Of a stretch of 64,000 nucleotides of DNA, positions 32,388 to 40,424 are shown in pieces. Origin of the DNA: Planktotalea sp. (GTDB lineage Bacteria > Pseudomonadota > Alphaproteobacteria > Rhodobacterales > Rhodobacteraceae); assembly GCF_965659345.1 (NCBI RefSeq), contig NZ_CBFHVK010000016.1:8155-72154 (forward strand). The letters are read 5' to 3'. Position 1 is the stretch's first letter; every line of letters starts with the position of its first letter. The position numbers and the translations under genes were made by a program. Below the pieces are notes generated by a model. It was not told the DNA's origin. It saw nothing but the letters and a program-made list of their open reading frames with translations, and did no database searches.

Positions 32388-32693
32388 CTAGCTCGCAAGT
32401 GCGACGGGGTTAACCAATCTTAGAATAGGCCGGTTATCCTGCACCGTTTCGAACGCTGCACTTTGTATGTCAGTTCCATTCAGCTCAGCTTCGCATTCCC
32501 GAAGGTCCAGCAGAACTTCTTCAACAAGCGTTTCCAGAATGCTCACCCGATGTTCGGCATCAAAATAGCGTTCTTCGAAGAGACGCTTCTCTCGCATTAA
32601 ATCTGTGTTTCGTTCCTCTAGCTCGTTCACTGCCTCAAACAGCCGGTTGATATGTTTTAGCGCCTTTTTGGCTTTTTTTATTTTCACGTTCAC
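32388..32693 (-). CDS. hypothetical coiled-coil protein
   Basis: 101-aa charged heptad-like sequence. No family recognised. Confidence 0.3.
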   Translation of the reverse strand: MNVKIKKAKKALKHINRLFEAVNELEERNTDLMREKRLFEERYFDAEHRVSILETLVEEVLLDLRECEAELNGTDIQSAAFETVQDNRPILRLVNPVALAS

Positions 32694-32901
32694 TGTCCTA
32701 GTTTCTGTAGTTCTGCGACCACACGACCTTCAATACTTGCCTGTATTCAGCGAATGCCTGAGGCAACAAGAACTAGGTGAGCTCTAAGAGTCCCACGTAT
32801 GCTAAGTGCAAATCAAATACGCAAAAGAGAGTTTGTGCGCCCCGCAGCCCTGCTCAACTATCGAAAGTGCAGTGACATTTTGTGCGCACGATAGGGGCAA
32901 A

Positions 32902-32930
32902 CAAAAAACGGGCCCGGCATGCCGGACCCG
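32902..32930 (-). terminator. strong rho-independent terminator after fliC
   Basis: Minus strand reads CGGGTCCGG-CATG-CCGGGCCCG followed by TTTTTTGT. Confidence 0.75.
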
Positions 32931-32954
32931 CTCGATTTAGTTTTCTGTTAGGAT

Positions 32955-35603
32955 TTAGCCTTGCAGCAAGCTCAATACACCCTGCTTGGATGCGTTGGCC
33001 TGTGCCAGCATAGACGTGGACGCCTGTGCCAGGATCTTGGACTTCGTCATGTTCGTGCTTTCAGACGCAAAGTCTGCATCTTCGATGCGGCCTTTTGCAG
33101 CTTCAGTGTTCACAGAAACATTGGTCAAGTTGGAGATCGTTGAGTCGAGGCGGTTCATAACCGCACCCAAGTTTGCACGTTCTTTGCCGACTGTCTCAAT
33201 CGCACGGTCCAGAGCATCAAGAGCAGATGTTGCGCCCGAAGATGTCGAGATATCGATAGCAGCAACCGCGCTCTGCGATGCTCCAGTACCTGTGTCATCA
33301 AGCATCTTGCCAACACCCTGCTCAGACCCTGGTGACGTCGTCATTACGCCAGTGCCGTCAGAGCTATAGTTGGACAGTTCGATCTCTCCACCAAGCGAGT
33401 TGGTCAAAGTGATCGCAGATGTGCCAGATGTCACAGATGCAGTAATGTTGGAACCGGACTGGGACAAAGCAGACTGAACTTCTGCAAGCATTGCAGAGTT
33501 GTCTGTTGTGTCAAAGCTCGTCAAACGAACAACAGAGTTTGTACGACCGTCAGAGATCTGGAAGCTCACATCGTCGGTAGCGTCCATGGACAGTTCCATC
33601 GTTGTCGCAGTCGCAACACCCGCAGCTGCAGTAGATGCACCTGTCACAGCGTTGGTATCTGTCAACGTCGCAGAACCACCCTGCCCTGCCGCAGTCGCCG
33701 CAGTAGCACTACCTGTGCCTTCAGAGCTGAAGTCGGTAATGTTGATCGCACCGCCGGAAGCGTTTGTCAGCAGCAAGTCACCGTTGGACAAGGACGCTTC
33801 GATACCAGTGATGTTGGACTGGGAGTTAACCGCCGCAACCATGTTATCCAAGTTGCCGTCCGCGACCTGCGCCGTAACCTGAGAACCGCCAACTTTGAAG
33901 GAGTATGTGTCGTCTTCGGAGAAACGCATTGTTGTCTCGGAAGGCGTCGCTTCAACACCGTTGTTTGTAGATGCGTTCTGCGCTGTCACAAGGTTCGTGG
34001 AACCCAATGTTGCAGTACCCGCAACTTCAGCCGCTTTACCTGTTGCGCCAAAGTTATCAAGCGTAACAGCTGACAAAGACTTGTTTTCAATCTCAAGCTT
34101 GCCGTCAACAACACGCGCTGTGATGTCACCGTTGATTGTTGTGTTCGCATTGATCGCGTCACGTGTCACGCCAATCGCTTCTTGCAGGGAATCACCGGCA
34201 GAAGCAGTTGCAACTGTGAAGCTCTCGCCACCTAGATCGAAGCTGTAGTCACCCTCAGATTCAGAGAACTGAAGCTGAACAATAGCGCCCGCGCCAATAT
34301 CACTTGTGTCAGATCCACCTTGAGCAAACGTGTTGCTTGGTGTTGCAACCGCTGAGTCTGTGCGGATTGTCATAGACATCGAACCAGCGGAGCCTTCTTC
34401 AGAAGACGCTGCGTCGAAGTTCGTGATCTCGATGTTCTTACCGGACGTGTCTTCTAGCGTGAAGACTTGACCAGATACCGCAGAACCGGCAGAGCCTTCA
34501 CCAATCGCAAGCTTCAATTCAGCAAGCAACTGATCTTCAGTCGTATCTGTACCAAGGTTGGAAACGCTGATGTTGTTGCCGTTGACTGTGAAGTTGTAGT
34601 CTTTACCAGCTTCAAGTGTCAGCGTACCGGATGCGTTTGTGACACCGCCACCGCCAGTGTTGCTAAGTGATGTCGTCGCACCAGCATCATTGAGAAGAAG
34701 GCTAGAACCAGATCCGGACACAGATGTGTAGGACGCTGTGCCGTTGCCGTCGGAAGCAAAGCCTGACACAGAAACTGAGTCACCAAGCTTGTTCGTGATG
34801 CTGATAACGTTGCCGTTTGCTTTCGCTTCAACAGAACCAGCAGACATTGTGCCAGCTGTTACAGCCGCGCCGATTGCTGTGTTGATCTTGTCTGCAACGT
34901 CAGAAGCAGAACCGCCTGCAACATCCGCACCCGCAATACTAAGCGTTGTTGTGCCGCCAGCGCCATCGCCAACTTCAAGATCAAAGTCATATGAGTCGTT
35001 ACCGTTGAACGCCATCTGAGCAACCGTCTCAACCGCTGCTTCACCAGATGCAGCGTTAGATGTGGATGCTGTGCTTGCTGCGCCAGACAAAGATGTACCA
35101 AGCGCTGTCGTGCTTAGGTTGCCAACTTTGAAGTTCATTGTTTGGCCGCTGTTTGCACCCAACTGAAGATCAAAATCGCCGGAACCGTCAAGCAAAGCCG
35201 TACCGTTAAAGGCCGTTGCACTTACAACGCGGTCGATTTCTTCTTTCAACTGCTCAACTTCATCGTTCAAGTTAGAGCGGTCATTGGAGTTCAACGTGTC
35301 GTTGACCGATTGTACAGACAGTTCACGCATACGCTGAAGCATGGATTCAACTTCAACCATTGCGCCTTCAGCTGTTGCAGCCATTGACTGGCCCTGGCCC
35401 GCATTTTCGATCGCTTGGTTCAAACCGCGAACCTGGCTGTTCATACGTGAAATCGTGGAAACGCCAGCCGCATCGTCAGATGCAGAGTTAACACGCTTAC
35501 CAGTCGCCAAACGCTCCATAGAAACGTCCATGTCGCGGTTTGCGCTAGAGGCAGCCGAGGCCGCCATAAGCGCGCTTGCATTACTTGCAATTGAAAGTGC
35601 CAT
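32955..35603 (-). CDS. fliC: giant flagellin (882 aa)
   Basis: Flagellin N domain (ERLATGKRVNSASDDAAG...LQRMRELSVQS) and C domain (RANLGAVMNRLDSTISNL...SMLAQANASKQGVLSLLQG) flank about 600 aa of S/T/G/A-rich repeated modules. Confidence 0.9.
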   Translation of the reverse strand: MALSIASNASALMAASAASSANRDMDVSMERLATGKRVNSASDDAAGVSTISRMNSQVRGLNQAIENAGQGQSMAATAEGAMVEVESMLQRMRELSVQSVNDTLNSNDRSNLNDEVEQLKEEIDRVVSATAFNGTALLDGSGDFDLQLGANSGQTMNFKVGNLSTTALGTSLSGAASTASTSNAASGEAAVETVAQMAFNGNDSYDFDLEVGDGAGGTTTLSIAGADVAGGSASDVADKINTAIGAAVTAGTMSAGSVEAKANGNVISITNKLGDSVSVSGFASDGNGTASYTSVSGSGSSLLLNDAGATTSLSNTGGGGVTNASGTLTLEAGKDYNFTVNGNNISVSNLGTDTTEDQLLAELKLAIGEGSAGSAVSGQVFTLEDTSGKNIEITNFDAASSEEGSAGSMSMTIRTDSAVATPSNTFAQGGSDTSDIGAGAIVQLQFSESEGDYSFDLGGESFTVATASAGDSLQEAIGVTRDAINANTTINGDITARVVDGKLEIENKSLSAVTLDNFGATGKAAEVAGTATLGSTNLVTAQNASTNNGVEATPSETTMRFSEDDTYSFKVGGSQVTAQVADGNLDNMVAAVNSQSNITGIEASLSNGDLLLTNASGGAINITDFSSEGTGSATAATAAGQGGSATLTDTNAVTGASTAAAGVATATTMELSMDATDDVSFQISDGRTNSVVRLTSFDTTDNSAMLAEVQSALSQSGSNITASVTSGTSAITLTNSLGGEIELSNYSSDGTGVMTTSPGSEQGVGKMLDDTGTGASQSAVAAIDISTSSGATSALDALDRAIETVGKERANLGAVMNRLDSTISNLTNVSVNTEAAKGRIEDADFASESTNMTKSKILAQASTSMLAQANASKQGVLSLLQG

Positions 35604-35700
35604 TACACTTCTCCTGAATTAATGTTCCGAGAAATGAGGACAGTTCCAATTCATCTCTCAGACCGCTGGGCGTTTGTGACTGCCACTTGGTCCGCATAGG

Positions 35701-35726
35701 GTAACGGCACTCAAACGCGGACTTTA
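35701..35726 (-). promoter_or_regulatory. candidate sigma28 (FliA) promoter for fliC
   Basis: Minus strand reads TAAAGTCC-N10-GCCGTTAC, against the consensus TAAAGTTT-N11-GCCGATAA. It lies about 100 nt upstream of the ATG. Confidence 0.35.
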
Positions 35727-35817
35727 GTATTTAGACAAAAAACTTTTGAAAAAATTGGAATTGTGAGGTCGTGCAATCCACTCTATTAATGGGGTGAGCT
35801 TAAAAAGGTATGGTGTT

Positions 35818-36492
35818 ATGTCATTTTCACGCAAGCGCACGCGCACTGCACACTTAAAAAGAACTTTGGCAACGACAGCAATGTGCAGCATCCTTACAGT
35901 GTTGCCCTCACACCTAATGGCACAGAACACAGTCAAGCCAGATCCGTTCGACGCGGCGGTCAAGGCGGTCAAGGCCGAGAACTTCACATACGCCTACGAT
36001 CTTTTCGAAACCCTGGCCCAAGATGAAAACCCTGACGCTCAGTTCAACTTGGCTGTTTTGCTTAAAAAAGGACAAGGGCGTCCGCAACATTTCGCTAAGG
36101 CGCTCGAATGGGCACTGCTCGCTCAGCTTGGTGGCGTGTCACAAGCCAAAGCACTGAGTGACGAACTTAGCGGGCTAGTAACGCAAAAAAGCTATGAAGC
36201 TTGCATCGCCAACGTTGATACAATGCTAAAAGAGCAACTCGCCAAGGGAAACCGTCGCACAATCCTGCAATACATTGTTTTTAATCAAACAATCATTCCA
36301 GAACCAAACCTAGAAGCTGCGTATCTCTGGGCGCTCATCGGCAGCGCGCTTGGTATTCCAAACGCCAACCTTCTACGCGACACGGTGTTTAACGAACTTG
36401 ATTCCGAGACGATAGAAACCGCACAAGAAAACGCCCGAACCCTGTTCGAAGAGCAGGATATGGCAACGCTATTTTCGTCTTCAAAAGGTTAG
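35818..36492 (+). CDS. secreted Sel1-like repeat protein (possibly MotX-like)
   Basis: Signal peptide ...LPSHLMA-QN and Sel1-type repeats (DAQFNLAVLLKKGQGRPQHFAKALEWALLAQLGG). The MotX analogy is only inference. Confidence 0.45.
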   Translation: MSFSRKRTRTAHLKRTLATTAMCSILTVLPSHLMAQNTVKPDPFDAAVKAVKAENFTYAYDLFETLAQDENPDAQFNLAVLLKKGQGRPQHFAKALEWALLAQLGGVSQAKALSDELSGLVTQKSYEACIANVDTMLKEQLAKGNRRTILQYIVFNQTIIPEPNLEAAYLWALIGSALGIPNANLLRDTVFNELDSETIETAQENARTLFEEQDMATLFSSSKG

Positions 36493-36803
36493 ATATCGTA
36501 GCTCGCCATAGCAACGCGGGCTTCGTCTTCGCTGAAACCGTTCTTGGTGGCCTCTTCCAAAACATTTGCGCCCGCAGCGATTGCACTCAGCATTTCTTCG
36601 ATTGCAGCTTGGCTTGAGGTCGCGACAACCTCTTCAACAGCGGGCTGCTCGATATGATCGTGCGCCACTTCGTCTTGCACCCGCATTTCTTCAAGCACTT
36701 TCGCATCCACTTTACGCAAACGGGTTTGAATAAATGAAAAAACCAGTGCGGATAAAGCTAGGAATGTCAGTGCAATTTCCAAAGGTTCAAATCCGAAAAA
36801 CAT
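36489..36803 (-). CDS. hypothetical single-TM protein, last gene of the flgA-flgM operon
   Basis: N-terminal TM LEIALTFLALSALVFSFI and an acidic C-terminus. Confidence 0.35.
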   Translation of the reverse strand: MFFGFEPLEIALTFLALSALVFSFIQTRLRKVDAKVLEEMRVQDEVAHDHIEQPAVEEVVATSSQAAIEEMLSAIAAGANVLEEATKNGFSEDEARVAMASYDI

Positions 36804-36846
36804 TTTGAAGTTTCCTTATACAAAGAGATTAATAAATAGGCCGGCG

Positions 36847-37128
36847 TCAATACTTTGAATTATACGTTCGCTCTTTAGATTTTTCTAAAAATGGCGAACG
36901 CAATTCAGCGCTTTTAGACGCGTATATAAATTCTTTTGACAGCTTGTTTCCAAGTGTTGCAAGACGCGGGTCGCCCGCATCAATCTGGTCGCGCGCGACC
37001 TGCATGAGCTCCACTAAAACTTCTGAACGCTTTGTATATTGCTCAACATCATCTCGAGCGTCTTCAATCTTATGCAAAGCATCTTCGAGGTCCTGAAACA
37101 CTCTGGTGACGTCTTCGGCATTCATCAT
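36847..37128 (-). CDS. small helical protein in the FlgN position (putative chaperone)
   Basis: 93 aa, ATGA overlap with flgM. Positional call only. Confidence 0.3.
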   Translation of the reverse strand: MMNAEDVTRVFQDLEDALHKIEDARDDVEQYTKRSEVLVELMQVARDQIDAGDPRLATLGNKLSKEFIYASKSAELRSPFLEKSKERTYNSKY

Positions 37129-37463
37129 TTAAGGGACTCGAACGCTTCCGCAAGACCATCAGCAATCTTCTCGTGATTTAGCGGATAGTTGTTCGTGCTC
37201 ACCGCTTCGCGGATACGCGCGACAGCTTCAATGTCGATCGGCGCTGGCTGCTCTTGAATCGACGCCATGACACCCGCCGCAAAGGAATCCACTTGAACCG
37301 AAGGCTTCGCAGAAGGTGACATTGGGTTCACAGGTGCCCCAAGGCCAAGACTTGCTGTCTGCGCAGAATTGTCTGGCGAAACGTTTACTTTTGGCGTTGC
37401 CGAAACCTCAGGCATCTTAATAGACGCGACCGTTCCGGTCAGATTTTGTGTTGAATCAACCAT
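37125..37463 (-). CDS. flgM: anti-sigma-28 factor FlgM
   Basis: 112 aa, disordered N-terminus, C-terminus IDIEAVARIREAVSTNNYPLNHEKIADGL typical of FlgM. Confidence 0.65.
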   Translation of the reverse strand: MVDSTQNLTGTVASIKMPEVSATPKVNVSPDNSAQTASLGLGAPVNPMSPSAKPSVQVDSFAAGVMASIQEQPAPIDIEAVARIREAVSTNNYPLNHEKIADGLAEAFESLK

Positions 37464-37496
37464 ATGCGTTCTCCTATCGCACTATGTAACGGCAGC

Positions 37497-38234
37497 TCAT
37501 CTGCTACCTTTAGCAATTATTTCAACTTTTTTTTCACCGCTGATCCGGCCGACTAAAACGGTCTCGCTGCTTAGGTTTTCAACGCGGATCGTATCGCCCA
37601 ACTGGCCCGGTTCCAGCGCGACACCAGAAGAGATTATTTCGATCCCACCCCGAATGATATGCATTGATAAGATGTCATCTTCTTGCACACTCAGCTCACG
37701 CATCAAGTGGCGCGGCATGACTGCAATGCTTGGCGTCAGCGACTGGCCAAGCATTCTACCGACAACTTGGTCCAAGCTGTCATACACGCTCTCAGAAGAC
37801 AGGCGCTCAATTGGTCGCAGCTCAACATCATCGGGCTTCAACCGATCCCCTTTGCGCATAGGCTGTTTGAGATAAACAGCCTGCGACTTGGGCAAGCTCA
37901 CTTTGACAGGCATGTTCACTTCATGGCCCTTCACCTGCGCCCGTACAGAAATTTTCCATTTCGCAGGCGACGTACAAATCACATCTACACTGCGCCAACT
38001 TCCAAAGGATGGCTTAACTTCAAGCGGCACATCACAGGGATAAAACTGCTTTTGGGGTAAAAGCTTCGGCGCCGCCTGCTCTCCCGCGGCCGCGAGCCTA
38101 GCAACAATTGCGTCACGCACTTGAGCACCATCAACGATCCGTAGCTGCGCAGAACTACTGCCCACCATGATCAAGAAGTAAGCAGCTATTCCTAAAACAA
38201 AGGTCTTACAGGGCTTAGAACTGGAAAATGACAT
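37497..38234 (-). CDS. flgA: flagellar P-ring assembly chaperone FlgA
   Basis: Signal peptide, SAF-like domain, C-terminus GQLGDTIRVENLSSETVLVGRISGEKKVEI. Confidence 0.8.
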   Translation of the reverse strand: MSFSSSKPCKTFVLGIAAYFLIMVGSSSAQLRIVDGAQVRDAIVARLAAAGEQAAPKLLPQKQFYPCDVPLEVKPSFGSWRSVDVICTSPAKWKISVRAQVKGHEVNMPVKVSLPKSQAVYLKQPMRKGDRLKPDDVELRPIERLSSESVYDSLDQVVGRMLGQSLTPSIAVMPRHLMRELSVQEDDILSMHIIRGGIEIISSGVALEPGQLGDTIRVENLSSETVLVGRISGEKKVEIIAKGSR

Positions 38235-38568
38235 CAGCGCTCTCCAAACCTGTGTCTACATCCGCCGGTAACGTCAGAATACGTCCTGCTGACATTTTGT
38301 TGGCATCACCATTCAAAAATACATCGGGGTTGATCTGCACCGTTTGATCTATCAGTCGTTCTATTTCAGAATGCGCACCATAGTAGTGCATGACGATCCC
38401 ATAGATCGTTTCACCATATGCAATGTCATGCGTTCTTTGTCCGGCCTCGTCATGATAGGCCGTGAACATCAAATCCGAATTATATTGTAAAACGACATAA
38501 GGCTCCTCTGCCTTGGCCACCGTTGCAGTCAAAAAAATGACGCCTGAGAAGACCGCGCGCGCAAACAT
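38215..38568 (-). CDS. secreted LysM/FimV-like peptidoglycan-binding protein
   Basis: Signal peptide and YGETIYGIVMHYYG...INPDVFLNGDANKMSAGRILTLP, which resembles the FimV-type LysM motif. Confidence 0.4.
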   Translation of the reverse strand: MFARAVFSGVIFLTATVAKAEEPYVVLQYNSDLMFTAYHDEAGQRTHDIAYGETIYGIVMHYYGAHSEIERLIDQTVQINPDVFLNGDANKMSAGRILTLPADVDTGLESADVIFQF

Positions 38569-39729
38569 TTAAGGACGCCCCGCGTTAAAGCGAACGTTCG
38601 CTCCAGACAGTTTTACACCCGCCCGCGACGCATTCATCGGTGCAACAATCGCACTACTTTGCGAAAGCTCGACGACACGAAAAACCGTCCAAGCTTGGCC
38701 CTGGCCTTCTGCAAACGCGAGACTTTGACGAGTTAAGCCGTCCCGCGCACCAAGCTGCACCCGATATTGTTTCTTCCCAATCCCGCTCAAGCGAGCAACG
38801 AGTGGCGCACACGCCAGTTCTTCCAAGATCGGAACAAGCCCGGCGCCCATCGTTTTGGACAACTCAAGCGCAGCACTCTCTTGGTCCTTGCGGGCCACAA
38901 CATTCAACGCCCGCCAAGGCGTTCCGGGCGACAACTTCAATGTATGGCGCAACCTTATATTTCGCCCACGTGATGGTGCCGCTGGATCAACAACTTTGGC
39001 CTCGACGCTCACAAGCACTTTTCCGCTTCGCATCGAAGCACCCTCAGCAACCCACTTTAAATGAAGCGCACGCGCATTTGCGGATAGCTTCTTAGCAGGC
39101 GCTTGCGCCTTGCTCGCACCCCCAAGCAGCAAAGATTGATAATCAAAACCGGCTTGTACAGCTGTGCTTTGCCGAGCATTGCCGCGTGCCAAATCAATAT
39201 CGCTTTCAACGATCTTCACCTTTGCCGCTTTGCTCAAAACGCCCAACGTTTGGCTATGCGCCCGCGCCAACGCGTCCTGCATCCAAAGTGGCGTTTTCGC
39301 ACTGGCATAAATCTGCGGCCGAACCGCTGTCAAAACCACATCAGGACGCGCAGAACAGCCAAGTTGAGGCTGATCACCAACATAAGCGTCGATCGTAACT
39401 TCGAAATAACTTTGCATTCGGGTTTCACGAAGGATCTGAAAATCAAGAATTTTGCTAGAGGGACGCAAAAGGATCGTATCCCCAGTCAGCACACCGTGAT
39501 CAGCGACAGTAAACCCGTCAAGTTCAGCGCCTCCAGCTAACGAAGCCTGATAAAGGGCGTCTTCCAATGCAGTGCGGCGTGCGATTGCTTCATTACCAGA
39601 CTGCAAAGCTGCGCGCCCGGTGACACGTACCATCTCAGCTACGCCAATATTCGGCACACCAAATAGTATTGCGATCAGCAATGCTAACTTGAACAAACGT
39701 CCAACATTGAAAAAGCCCCGCACGCCCAT
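38569..39729 (-). CDS. FlgT-like flagellar outer ring (H-ring) assembly protein
   Basis: 386 aa with a signal peptide. N-terminal segment VTGRAALQSGNEAIARRTALEDALYQASLAGGAEL resembles the FlgT N domain. Lies next to flgP. Confidence 0.45.
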   Translation of the reverse strand: MGVRGFFNVGRLFKLALLIAILFGVPNIGVAEMVRVTGRAALQSGNEAIARRTALEDALYQASLAGGAELDGFTVADHGVLTGDTILLRPSSKILDFQILRETRMQSYFEVTIDAYVGDQPQLGCSARPDVVLTAVRPQIYASAKTPLWMQDALARAHSQTLGVLSKAAKVKIVESDIDLARGNARQSTAVQAGFDYQSLLLGGASKAQAPAKKLSANARALHLKWVAEGASMRSGKVLVSVEAKVVDPAAPSRGRNIRLRHTLKLSPGTPWRALNVVARKDQESAALELSKTMGAGLVPILEELACAPLVARLSGIGKKQYRVQLGARDGLTRQSLAFAEGQGQAWTVFRVVELSQSSAIVAPMNASRAGVKLSGANVRFNAGRP

Positions 39730-39732
39730 GAT

Positions 39733-40248
39733 TTAGCGAGCCGCCTTCATGATACGGGCGATCATGTCACGATCGAGCTCCATAACCACTTCGTAGGTGT
39801 CACGTCCTACAGGATTGATACGCAGCGTGCGCGCGCCTCTGATTGTCCCAGTAACAGCCGTACGCGTTGTGTCGTTCTGAAGAACTGCGTCAATTACAGT
39901 GGTGCGTGAATCCAAACGCATCCCATGAACTTGCTCTGTCAAATCTCGCATCGCATCCAGTCGCGCAACGCGAATGGCCATCAACCTTTTTTGATTCACG
40001 TTCTTTGCAGGCTGCGCAGAAATCGTTGCGTAACCTGTGCCGCGAATACTTGGCACAATTTTGGTCTGAACCATCGCATCTGTGTCGTTCAGTGCTTTTT
40101 CAACGGCCATAGCATCCCGCACCGCTGGTGCATTGGTGCCTTGGATCGGCCCTTGAGCCAAATCTACAGTGTTGCACGCACTCAAAAGTGTAAAAGCACC
40201 GAAAATGGCGGCTGCCGCGCCTGCATTAAAACGTCTGGATCTGAACAC
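39733..40248 (-). CDS. flgP: LPP20-family flagellar lipoprotein FlgP-like
   Basis: Lipobox LLSAC and LPP20-like core GTGYATISAQPAKNVNQKRLMAIRVARLDAMRDL. Confidence 0.6.
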   Translation of the reverse strand: MFRSRRFNAGAAAAIFGAFTLLSACNTVDLAQGPIQGTNAPAVRDAMAVEKALNDTDAMVQTKIVPSIRGTGYATISAQPAKNVNQKRLMAIRVARLDAMRDLTEQVHGMRLDSRTTVIDAVLQNDTTRTAVTGTIRGARTLRINPVGRDTYEVVMELDRDMIARIMKAAR

Positions 40249-40292
40249 CTTGATCTCCTTGGACCACGCTAAGTTAAATTCAGATCACCCCA

Positions 40293-40308
40293 TGCATGTT
40301 CCGTGCCA
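40293..40308 (-). promoter_or_regulatory. candidate sigma54 promoter for the flgP operon
   Basis: Minus strand reads TGGCAC-GGAAC-ATGCA, with correct GG/GC spacing, 45 nt upstream of the ATG. Confidence 0.45.
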
Positions 40309-40348
40309 GCCCAAAAGAAATGCCATCAATCGCGGAAAAAACTCAAAC

Positions 40349-40364
40349 TGGCATGACTCTTGCC
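40349..40364 (+). promoter_or_regulatory. sigma54 promoter for flhA
   Basis: TGGCAT-GACTC-TTGCC, about 60 nt upstream of the flhA ATG. Confidence 0.65.
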
Positions 40365-40424
40365 TTCTTTACACGACGCGCACTGAGTTTTGCGCAACAA
40401 GACGTCGTCAAAGGACACTAATAA

